NCBI GenBank assembly: GCA_963815195.1
Contig: CAWFGE010000023.1
Location: 576,001-640,000 of the forward strand
DNA from: an uncultured Planctomycetaceae bacterium
Lineage (GTDB): Bacteria; Planctomycetota; Planctomycetia; Planctomycetales; Planctomycetaceae
Length of the DNA: 64,000 nucleotides
Direction: 5' to 3'
Shown: piece after piece, positions 54,463-62,203 of the stretch
Layout of the letters: each line of letters opens with the position of its first letter
How positions within the stretch are numbered: the first letter of the stretch is position 1
Notes under the pieces: model-generated
Told to the model about the DNA's origin: nothing
Databases searched by the model: none
What the model saw: only the letters and a program-made list of their open reading frames with translations
Program-made: the position numbers and the translations under genes

Positions 54463-55398
54463 TCAACTCATCAGCATCAGCAAAACCGCTTTTTGCGTGT
54501 GCAGCCGGTTCTCGGCTTGCTCGAACACCACGGACCGCGGACCCTCGATCACCTCATCGACAACCTCTTCATCGCGATGCGCCGGCAGGCAATGCATGAA
54601 CACCGCCTCGGAGTCCGCCTTCGCCATCATCTCGGGATTCACCTGGTAGGGCTGAAAGTTCACCCGCCGCTCGGCTGTTTCATCTTCAAACCCCATGCTC
54701 GTCCATACGTCCGTGTAGATCGCGTCCGCGCCTTTCACCGCTTTGTCCGGATCGTTCGTCACCTGGACCGAAGCGCCGCTGCGGGCGGCCAGGCGCTTGG
54801 CCTCGGCCACGATATCGGCGAACGGCTGATAGCCCGGCGGCGTCGCAATCGCGAAGCGCATTCCCAACCGGGCGGCGTCGAGCATCAGAGAGTGCGCCAC
54901 GTTGTTGCCGTCGCCCACGAACGCCAGCTTGCGCCCCTTGAGATCGCCAAACCGCTCCTGCAACGTCAGCATATCGGCGAGCGCCTGGCAGGGATGGTAG
55001 AGATCGCTCAAAGCGTTCACCACCGGCGTCGACGCCCATTCTGCCAGACTCTCGATCGTGTCCTGCCGGAAGGTGCGGGCCACAATGCACTGGGTCCATC
55101 GTTCCAGGTTCCGGGCCACGTCCTTCAGCGGTTCCCGGCCCCCGATCGGACCCGTGCTCGAAACGCAATCTCCGCCCAACTGCTTAATGGCCAACTCAAA
55201 CGTCAACCGCGTGCGCAGCGATGGCTTCTCGAACATGATGCTCACGTACCGGCCCGCGAGCGCCTCTCGGAACTTTCCCGGCGCCTGCTTCATGACCGCA
55301 CTTAGAACCAGCGCCTCCTTCAGTTCCTCAGTCGAAAGATCCAAATCGTGACGCAAATGGCCAGCGGTGACCCTCGGAGCTAATGTATCTTTATTCAC
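54463..55398 (-). CDS. argF: ornithine carbamoyltransferase
   Basis: FEKPSLRT, HPCQALAD, GDGNNV, DVWTSMG, FMHCLPAHR, QAENR. Confidence 0.93.
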   Translation of the reverse strand: MNKDTLAPRVTAGHLRHDLDLSTEELKEALVLSAVMKQAPGKFREALAGRYVSIMFEKPSLRTRLTFELAIKQLGGDCVSSTGPIGGREPLKDVARNLERWTQCIVARTFRQDTIESLAEWASTPVVNALSDLYHPCQALADMLTLQERFGDLKGRKLAFVGDGNNVAHSLMLDAARLGMRFAIATPPGYQPFADIVAEAKRLAARSGASVQVTNDPDKAVKGADAIYTDVWTSMGFEDETAERRVNFQPYQVNPEMMAKADSEAVFMHCLPAHRDEEVVDEVIEGPRSVVFEQAENRLHTQKAVLLMLMS

Positions 55399-55419
55399 CC
55401 ATTTGAATATTTACACATT
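55382..55419. promoter_or_regulatory. tandem ARG boxes (ArgR operator)
   Basis: TGTATCTTTATTCA (55384-55397) and TGAATATTTACACA (55404-55417), 20-bp period, AT-rich island at the start of argFGHR. Confidence 0.75.
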
Positions 55420-55606
55420 CAAAGCCTCGGACGTCAACTTCGGCGCAGACCGGGTCATAGGGCTGCGCCGCCTATACGGGTGCCATTTCCGGGTCAGACG
55501 GCTTCTTGACTCCGCGACTTCCAACTCGCGCCCAGACGGCAGTCGAAAACCACTCTTAAGAGAAGCTATATGTCGGAAACAATCGTTCAGTCAACGTGGT
55601 TTTAGT

Positions 55607-56431
55607 TCACTCCGCCAGCGCCGGGCCCACTTCGCGCAGTGGCACGCGGTGGTGGCCATTGAAGACTTCGGTAAACAACTCCGCCGTTTCGTCATGGATG
55701 GCGCCGTTGGTGGCCAACAGGGTCGGCTTTCCCAGCCGGTTCGGTTTACCGCGCATATCGGTCACCCGCCCACCAGCTTCGTTGACGAGCAGGATGCCGG
55801 CGGCGACGTCCCAGGGATTCAAGCCGAATTCCCAGAAGCCGTCCAGGCGGCCGCAGGCGGTGTAAGCGAGATCGATGGCGGCGGAGCCGGTGCGGCGGAC
55901 GCCGTGGGCGATCATGGCCACCTGATGAAAGAAATGGACATTCACGTCCTCATGGCGCAGCCAGTTCGGAAACCCGGTCGCCAGCAGTCCCTCTTCCAGC
56001 TTCCGAGCCTTCGATACGCCGATCCGGTGGTTGTTGAGGTACGCGCCGCCGCCCTTTTCCGCAGCGAACATCTCCTGCGTGTTCGGGTCGAAGATCACGC
56101 CGGCAATCAGTTCGCCGGCCCGCTCGAGGCCCAGCGTCACGTTGAACATCGGGAAGCCGTGCGCGAAGTTCGTCGTCCCGTCCAGGGGATCCACATACCA
56201 GCAATATTCCGAGGAACCCTCGTGGCTCCCGCTTTCTTCGCCAACGATCGAGTGGCTGGGGAAATGGGAACGTAGGCGTTCAATCACCAGCGCTTCGGAG
56301 GCCCGATCGGCGGCCGTAATCAGGTCATGCGCGCCCTTGTATTCGAAACCAATGTTGCGCTCGAAGTAGTGGGATAGAATCGCGCCCGCCTCGCGCGCGA
56401 TTTCCATGGAAGTTTCCAGGTAAGAGGCCAT
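55607..56431 (-). CDS. suhB: inositol monophosphatase family protein
   Basis: GEES, WYVDPLDGTTNFAHG, RRTGSAAIDL, WDVAAG.L.V.EAGG. Confidence 0.9.
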   Translation of the reverse strand: MASYLETSMEIAREAGAILSHYFERNIGFEYKGAHDLITAADRASEALVIERLRSHFPSHSIVGEESGSHEGSSEYCWYVDPLDGTTNFAHGFPMFNVTLGLERAGELIAGVIFDPNTQEMFAAEKGGGAYLNNHRIGVSKARKLEEGLLATGFPNWLRHEDVNVHFFHQVAMIAHGVRRTGSAAIDLAYTACGRLDGFWEFGLNPWDVAAGILLVNEAGGRVTDMRGKPNRLGKPTLLATNGAIHDETAELFTEVFNGHHRVPLREVGPALAE

Positions 56432-56450
56432 TCGTATCGCCGGATTCCGG

Positions 56451-56729
56451 TTATTCGAGGATTTCGTAGAGGTACTTGATGTCGTGCTTGAAGATGAATA
56501 GGTTCGGCCCGTCGGTCCGGGTCACGCGGATGAAGGAGGCGTCGTAGTACTCGATTGTGCCCTCAATCTCTTCGTTGCTCGTCATGCGGACACGGATCGG
56601 AATCTCATCATCTATCAAGCGCTTCAGATAGCGGACCTCTTCGAAAGTCTGCTCGGGAGCGCGCTCCTTGGGGGCCGGTTTTCGCTTAACAACGGGACTT
56701 TTTTTCTGATCCACAACGGTTTTCGCCAC
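56451..56729 (-). CDS. Hfq-like Sm protein (second, divergent paralog)
   Basis: GTG start with AGGAG SD; YLKRLIDDEIPIRVRM..IEGTIEYYD..FI and FIFKHDI align with Hfq Sm1/Sm2. Confidence 0.8.
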   Translation of the reverse strand: MAKTVVDQKKSPVVKRKPAPKERAPEQTFEEVRYLKRLIDDEIPIRVRMTSNEEIEGTIEYYDASFIRVTRTDGPNLFIFKHDIKYLYEILE

Positions 56730-56731
56730 AC

Positions 56732-57700
56732 TTACTCCTGGTGCCGGGGCCTGTGCGCAGGGCCGCTCAGGTTCGGCGGCTGAGGCGGGGGGTCCCTGTC
56801 CTCTACATAATAGCCAGAGCGCGTGATCACCCGCAAATCCGGACGGTTCACGTGAAGCTCCACGCGCCGGAAGCGTTCGGTCGAATACGGTAGATTCTTC
56901 GGATAATAGCCGATCAAATATTGCGTCCTCAGGTCGCGCAATATATCGTCGAACGCCGAATCGAGCATCTCGCCGAGCGAGGCCGCGAACACGCGTCCGC
57001 CCGTTCCCGCGGCCAGCGCGATCAGGGCGTTTTCGCCCGCTATGTGCCGGCCCGGATCGTTGGCGACGGGGATGAGCATGATGCCGTACATCACGGCGTC
57101 GGCTTGATGCACGGATTCCAAAGCGTCCTGGAAGTTCTTCGCGCTGGTGGTGTCGGCGCCGTCGGTGACCGCCACGATCACTCGGCGGCCCTCGCGCCGG
57201 CCCACGGCGTGGGAGGAGAAGAAGACCGCGTCGTAGAACGATGTGCCAGCCTGGGGTTTCAATGTTTTCAGCTCCTGCTCGATCCGCCCGACCCGGCGCG
57301 TGAAGCTGCATTCCAACGTCACATCGTCATTGAAGCTGTAAAGGGTGACAGCGTCCTCCGGTTTGCCATCCCGCAACAGCGCTTCAAGGAAGCGCAAGAC
57401 CGAGCGATTCGCTTCGTCGAGCTTGATGGCGGCGGAAGAACTCGTATCGACCAGAAGCGCTACCGAGATCGGGTGCGTGGTCGATCTCTGGAAAACAGCG
57501 ATCTCCTGCTTCACGCCGCTGTCGGTCAGATCAAAGTCCTCTTTGGAGAGGTTACCGATGAGTTCGCCAGTGTTCGATTTTACGGTGGCGATCAATCGCA
57601 CCAGCTTGACGTCGACGCGAAAAAGCGCGTCCTGGCCGGCGATCCAGGCCGCCGGCAGGAGGAGAAACGACACGAACAAAATGCCACGACGGAGGCTCAT
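56732..57700 (-). CDS. Acidobacterial VWA domain protein (secreted)
   Basis: FRVDVKLV, LSKEDF...DSG..QEI, DTSSS MIDAS, GTSFYDA, TDGAD, TGGR, LRTQY.IGYYP, RSGYY. Confidence 0.88.
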   Translation of the reverse strand: MSLRRGILFVSFLLLPAAWIAGQDALFRVDVKLVRLIATVKSNTGELIGNLSKEDFDLTDSGVKQEIAVFQRSTTHPISVALLVDTSSSAAIKLDEANRSVLRFLEALLRDGKPEDAVTLYSFNDDVTLECSFTRRVGRIEQELKTLKPQAGTSFYDAVFFSSHAVGRREGRRVIVAVTDGADTTSAKNFQDALESVHQADAVMYGIMLIPVANDPGRHIAGENALIALAAGTGGRVFAASLGEMLDSAFDDILRDLRTQYLIGYYPKNLPYSTERFRRVELHVNRPDLRVITRSGYYVEDRDPPPQPPNLSGPAHRPRHQE

Positions 57701-58422
57701 GGCGCCAGGACGCTATCGTCCCACTCTCCCTCCACCCAAACCTCGCCATCGACAAAATACTCCTTCTTCCATATGGGAACAAGTCTCTTAAGCCGGTTAA
57801 TTCCTTCGAGCGCCGCCTCGAAGGCGGGTTTGCGGTGAGGCGCCGTCACCAGAATCAAGACGCTCGTCTCGCCAACCGTCATGATGCCGAGCCGGTGAAT
57901 CATGGCGATCCGGCTGATCTCGTGCTCCGCCGCAATCTCGCACCCGATGCTCGCCATCGTTTTCACAGCCATCTTTTCGTAGCACTCGTACTCGAGGCGC
58001 TGGGTAGGACGCCCCTTCGTGTTGTCGCGCACCATGCCTTCGAAGAGGCTTAGAGCGCCGTCGCTGCCCTGCAGAAGCTCCTGTTTCAAATGGCTTACGT
58101 CGATCGCCTCCCGCGTGAGAGCGAAGAAGTGGCCCGCGTCGTCCGCAATCTGGTGGATATAGCCGGACCCGCCGCTCACCGGAGGCATGAAGGCTATCTC
58201 GTCGCCGGACGCGATCCTCTCGGCGCGTGCCGAGAACTCCTGGTTGCGGGCCAGCACGATGCTGCCGGAGTACTCCCGGAGGCGCGGAAAATCACTGGCG
58301 TAGCGGTCGAAGACGCCCCCGAGCGTGGCCCCTTCCGGCAGCTCCAGCTCATCGCTTGAGCAGCCGACGACATCCCGCAACATCCCGAAAAACAGTACTT
58401 TAACGCGCACGGCAATAGCCAT
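57697..58422 (-). CDS. fused MoaD-MoaE molybdopterin synthase
   Basis: VKVLFFG..ARNQEF..GDEIAFMPPVSGG followed in frame by GAL..FEG.VRD, HRLG, PHRK.AF, VPIWKKE. Confidence 0.92.
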   Translation of the reverse strand: MAIAVRVKVLFFGMLRDVVGCSSDELELPEGATLGGVFDRYASDFPRLREYSGSIVLARNQEFSARAERIASGDEIAFMPPVSGGSGYIHQIADDAGHFFALTREAIDVSHLKQELLQGSDGALSLFEGMVRDNTKGRPTQRLEYECYEKMAVKTMASIGCEIAAEHEISRIAMIHRLGIMTVGETSVLILVTAPHRKPAFEAALEGINRLKRLVPIWKKEYFVDGEVWVEGEWDDSVLAP

Positions 58423-58473
58423 GTTACCAGACGCGTGGGAAGCCCCCTCACGTTTCATCGAACCGCCAAAACA

Positions 58474-58496
58474 GAGCCGCGCCCGGAGGAAGCGGT
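58474..58496 (+). repeat. degenerate REP-like element, same family as 24937
   Basis: GAGCCGCGCCCGGAGGAAGCGGT in an intergenic gap. Confidence 0.5.
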
Positions 58497-58505
58497 CGCC
58501 CCTGG

Positions 58506-59822
58506 CTACATCCGCAGAGTCCACATTGCATAAGCCAGCGAAGGCGAGGCGCCCGGCGTACAGCCCTTCAGGTAAGCTCCGGGCCAGAGATAGGCATAGC
58601 CGCCCATGAACTCCAGATGGTTTGACAGGTGAAATGTGACGCGGGCGTCAATTTCTTCACCCACATGACTGGTCTCCGCGCCAGGGTCGCAGGCCAGCAC
58701 GGCGCCAGAGAGCCCGTAAAGGCAGTCTTTCGAACTGGCCAGCCAGAAAGAGCGGAACCGGCCCTCGAGATCCCATCGCCGCCCCGGGTGGAGCGTCATG
58801 CCGAGGATCGGCTCATGGATGTTGCGCCAGGCAATCGAGTCGGCGGTGGCCCATTTGTGCGTCGGGTACATCTGCTGGAAGGTGTTGTTGGAGCCGTCGC
58901 CCGGGTCGTCGTCGCCGGAGGCATAGCTGTACTCGACGAAAAGCCGGGGGGAAACGTCGCTGGGCCGGAAGTGGTAGCCGAGTTCCCAGTGCCCGCCCCA
59001 GGCGTTGAGCGAATCGTCCCGCACCTCGCCTCGCTGAATGGCGACTTCCATCTCTCCGTCCAAGTGCCGAGAAAAACGGTCCGCGGCCCGGCCGCCAAAG
59101 GTTTGAAACCTCTCGCGGGTGGAGTCGTTGTCAGCCCCGAGGACGTATCCGTCGACGAGATTCAAATGCGGCACACGGCGCCAGGTCGAGTAAAATCCCC
59201 AAAGCTTGCTGTCGGTGCTGAAGCGGTCCATCTCGCCACCGGCCGGGCGCACCTTCGTGCTGGCGAAGCCGTCGAGCGTCATCCCATTGGTTCGGTAGGA
59301 AAGCCGCAACGCGTCAAATGCCGTCCCAACATTGCCCCAGTTGCTGGTGCTGAGCAGACGGCTGGAGCCGAACTTCAAAATCTGCCGGCCGGCCTGAAAC
59401 TGCCAGCCGCGGCCGTCCGATCCCAGATCGACATGGGCCAGACGCAGCTCCGCCGTGTTGCGAACCGAAACCGGTGTGGGCTGAATATCCCATCCGGGCG
59501 CCCGGGAGTCCTGCAACTGGGCCGAGACCCGCAACCAAGGCTTCACCCGCACACTGGCGTCGAGGCGAAGGCGATGAAGGTAGTAGAGATGCCCGGAATC
59601 GGCCGCGTACCGTGTGTTGGACGGGCGTTCCAGCCGGCCCCGGTATTCAAGACCAAGGCTCAGCCTTGACGGGAGACTATTGTCCTTGGCCTCCGACACC
59701 CGCTTCAGCAGGCCCGGATCCCCGGCGTCTTGCGAGATCTCTTCGGGGCGCGCGGGACCCCCCCACCCAGCGGCGAGCAGCAGTGTGGCGAGAATAACGA
59801 ATTGGGAGCCCCTGATTCCCAA
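58506..59822 (-). CDS. alginate export (AlgE-like) outer-membrane beta-barrel
   Basis: signal peptide, YRGRLE, QLQDSR, GRQ.L.FGS.RL....WGN....FDA, YASGD, F.QMYPT.H, amphipathic terminal strand. Confidence 0.8.
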   Translation of the reverse strand: MGIRGSQFVILATLLLAAGWGGPARPEEISQDAGDPGLLKRVSEAKDNSLPSRLSLGLEYRGRLERPSNTRYAADSGHLYYLHRLRLDASVRVKPWLRVSAQLQDSRAPGWDIQPTPVSVRNTAELRLAHVDLGSDGRGWQFQAGRQILKFGSSRLLSTSNWGNVGTAFDALRLSYRTNGMTLDGFASTKVRPAGGEMDRFSTDSKLWGFYSTWRRVPHLNLVDGYVLGADNDSTRERFQTFGGRAADRFSRHLDGEMEVAIQRGEVRDDSLNAWGGHWELGYHFRPSDVSPRLFVEYSYASGDDDPGDGSNNTFQQMYPTHKWATADSIAWRNIHEPILGMTLHPGRRWDLEGRFRSFWLASSKDCLYGLSGAVLACDPGAETSHVGEEIDARVTFHLSNHLEFMGGYAYLWPGAYLKGCTPGASPSLAYAMWTLRM

Positions 59823-59892
59823 CTTCGATTATCGCACAATTACCCGTTTCAGGCCTGTAGGTCCTAAGTGCAGCAGGCGCCTCGCGGGGGCG

Positions 59893-60483
59893 CTACTTGC
59901 GGCGGAATATGCGGGACTGAATATCCGGCCAGAACTCGTCGAAGGTATTGCCGCCCATTTTCCCCAGGACTCCCCAGAGAACGCGCAATCCCGCGTCGCC
60001 CGCGCTGCTTTCGCTTTCGACCCGCCAGGTATTCGCAAGGAAGTTGTTCCCCACGTTCCCGGCCAGGCGCGCATAGGCAAATTTCAGGGAGCCCCCGGGC
60101 CGCTTGGTGTAGAAGGAGTATTTGATGGAGTGCTTCACCCGGTTCCAGACCCCGGGTTCTGTGCTTCTGAAGTACCGAGGGTCTTCGCCCCAGGCGGCGC
60201 CGAGGGTAGCCTCGATCGCATTGCCGGTCGAGACGCCGGTGAGGCGCATTCCAAAGCGCTTGCCGAAGCCTTCCCAGGTCCGGTTGTATTCCTCTGGAAG
60301 ATTCCAGGCGGTGCCCCAACTTGCACTCAGCACACCGGCCGCCAGACTGCGCGGACCCACCGTCGAGTTAACGAACCAAGTGGCCCGGCCTTTGGCGGTG
60401 ATGGGGTCGTAGGTCAGGTCGACAGGCTGGCCATGAACCACGCCCAGACACAGGAACGCCAAAACAATACAGCGAATCTTCAT
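59893..60483 (-). CDS. secreted/membrane hypothetical protein
   Basis: signal MKIRCIVLAFLCLG, PEEY..TWEGFGKRFG, EDPRYF, EFWPDI; TATAAT and SD upstream. Confidence 0.7.
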   Translation of the reverse strand: MKIRCIVLAFLCLGVVHGQPVDLTYDPITAKGRATWFVNSTVGPRSLAAGVLSASWGTAWNLPEEYNRTWEGFGKRFGMRLTGVSTGNAIEATLGAAWGEDPRYFRSTEPGVWNRVKHSIKYSFYTKRPGGSLKFAYARLAGNVGNNFLANTWRVESESSAGDAGLRVLWGVLGKMGGNTFDEFWPDIQSRIFRRK

Positions 60484-60506
60484 CGCTTTCCCTCGCCTCA
60501 ATGAAA

Positions 60507-61724
60507 TTATAGCGGCAGAATTACTTCGCGGACCGGGTCGAAATCCAGACGCCGCTTCTCCACGTAGGAAATATTGCCCAGGTGCGACGCCTGCGCCGAG
60601 CGGTGGCCAATCAGCACGTCGCCGTTCGGGCGCTGTCTGGTGACGACGCAATCGAGGAAGTTCTTCACGTGTTCAATCGTGAAATCGCCGTCATACTCCG
60701 GCACAACCGTGACCGGTTTAGCGCTCCTGCCAACCGGCGTGAAGACATACCGTTCCCGATCAATCCAGAGACTGCCTTCGGTGCCGATGAACTCCTCAGC
60801 CGCGCCGCTCGTACCGGGCGCCAGGGTCGCTTCGAAGGTCGCCGTGAATTCGCTCGGGTACTCCAGCAGCACGTTGATCGTGTCGGGGGCCGTGCGACCG
60901 TCCTTGTAATAGTAGACCCCGCCCGCGGCCACGCCCGATTTCGGAATTTCCTTCTCCATGAACATGTGGACGACGTCGATCCAGTGAGTGAAGAGATCCG
61001 TCACCTGACCGCCGCCGAAATCGAGGTAAGCGCGCCAGTTCCAATATTGCTGTGGATCGTAATCGCGCCAGCGGACCGGGCCGAGGAACCGGGCCCAGTC
61101 AAGGTTCGAAGGCTGCTTCTGCAAATAGTCCGGCGCCGTGCGGACGTGGTAGGTATTCCCGTGCCACCAGGTGCGGGCGAGCGTCACCTTACCCAGCCGT
61201 CCGGTGTCCATGTACTTTTGCTTGGCCTCAATGTAGTGGGGTCCGGAGCGCTGCTGCATCCCAACCTGGCAGACGCGGTTATTGACCCGGGCTGCCTTCA
61301 CAATTTCCGGGCCTTCCTCAATCTTGAGCGTGAGCGGCTTCTCGACGTATACGTCCTTGCCGGCGTTCAGCGCATCGATCGCGGTGCGGGCGTGCCAATG
61401 GTCCGGCGTGGCGATAAGGACAACGTCGAGATCCTGGTAGGCGAGTAAATCGGGATGTTCGTGAAATGTCTTCGCTCCAGGGGCTTGCGAAAGAGCTTCG
61501 TCCAACTGCATCGCGTAGATGTCACATAGCGCGGTGACCCGGACCCGCTCCGTCTTCTGGAAAAGACCCATCACATGGCGGCCGCGTACTCCCGGCCCGA
61601 TCACCCCGAGCGCCAGCTTATCGTTCGCCCCGATCACCCGGGAGTAAGAGGCAGCCGTGAGCGCCGCGGCGCTGCCGCCTGCGCCGCGGAGGAAATCCCG
61701 CCTGGCAAATTTATTGAGACCCAT
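60507..61724 (-). CDS. Gfo/Idh/MocA oxidoreductase with TAT signal
   Basis: RRDFL, GVIGPGVRG, IATPDHWH, GKDVYVEKP, QVGMQQRS, WR.Y.DFGGG..TD...H.ID. Confidence 0.92.
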   Translation of the reverse strand: MGLNKFARRDFLRGAGGSAAALTAASYSRVIGANDKLALGVIGPGVRGRHVMGLFQKTERVRVTALCDIYAMQLDEALSQAPGAKTFHEHPDLLAYQDLDVVLIATPDHWHARTAIDALNAGKDVYVEKPLTLKIEEGPEIVKAARVNNRVCQVGMQQRSGPHYIEAKQKYMDTGRLGKVTLARTWWHGNTYHVRTAPDYLQKQPSNLDWARFLGPVRWRDYDPQQYWNWRAYLDFGGGQVTDLFTHWIDVVHMFMEKEIPKSGVAAGGVYYYKDGRTAPDTINVLLEYPSEFTATFEATLAPGTSGAAEEFIGTEGSLWIDRERYVFTPVGRSAKPVTVVPEYDGDFTIEHVKNFLDCVVTRQRPNGDVLIGHRSAQASHLGNISYVEKRRLDFDPVREVILPL

Positions 61725-61762
61725 GTGCGAATTATACAATCCCGTGGCCACTTGGTATCAAA

Positions 61763-62126
61763 GTGTTCATCCCACTCACATTCGCTCTGGTGTTGCTGGC
61801 TGTATTTCCAGTGTTCGGACAAGAGGCTGGCCCGGCCCCGGACCCCTCCGACGCCAAGCTTGCCCGGGAAGTGCGCGAGCGCTTCGCGCATTCCAAAATC
61901 GCCGCCAACGGCTTTACCGTGACCGTTCAAAATGGGCGTCGCCATACTCGAGGGCCGGACCGGCGTCGTCCAACACAAAGGAACCGCCACGCGCTTGGCG
62001 AAACTCGCCGGAGCCACCCGCGTCGACAACCGCATCAAGATTACGGAAGAGGCCCGGCAGGAGGCGGCCCGCAAGCGCCGGGGCAAGCCGCGGCGCGTCA
62101 AAGTCCAGCGCGGCCAGCCCCGCTAG
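61763..62126 (+). CDS. small secreted BON domain protein; 1 frameshift
   Basis: signal peptide, DAKLAREVRERF..VTVQNG, then in a second frame VAILEG..KGTATRLAKLAGATRVDNRI; join near 61935. Confidence 0.75.
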
Positions 62127-62133
62127 CCAGAAA

Positions 62134-62172
62134 CCAGAAAAAGGGTAAATTTGTTACCGTCCCCTTTTCTGG
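62134..62172. repeat. intergenic hairpin with GGGGAC core (RAYT-type repeat remnant or terminator)
   Basis: CCAGAAAAAGGG...GTCCCCTTTTCTGG inverted repeat. Confidence 0.5.
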
Positions 62173-62203
62173 GCGAAACTTGGGGGTGGTGGGATATTTC
62201 GGA

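Noticed and set aside
54463..55398. N-acetylornithine carbamoyltransferase, suggested by SLRT
   Set aside because: The DxxxSMG loop and HCLPAHR indicate an ordinary OTCase.
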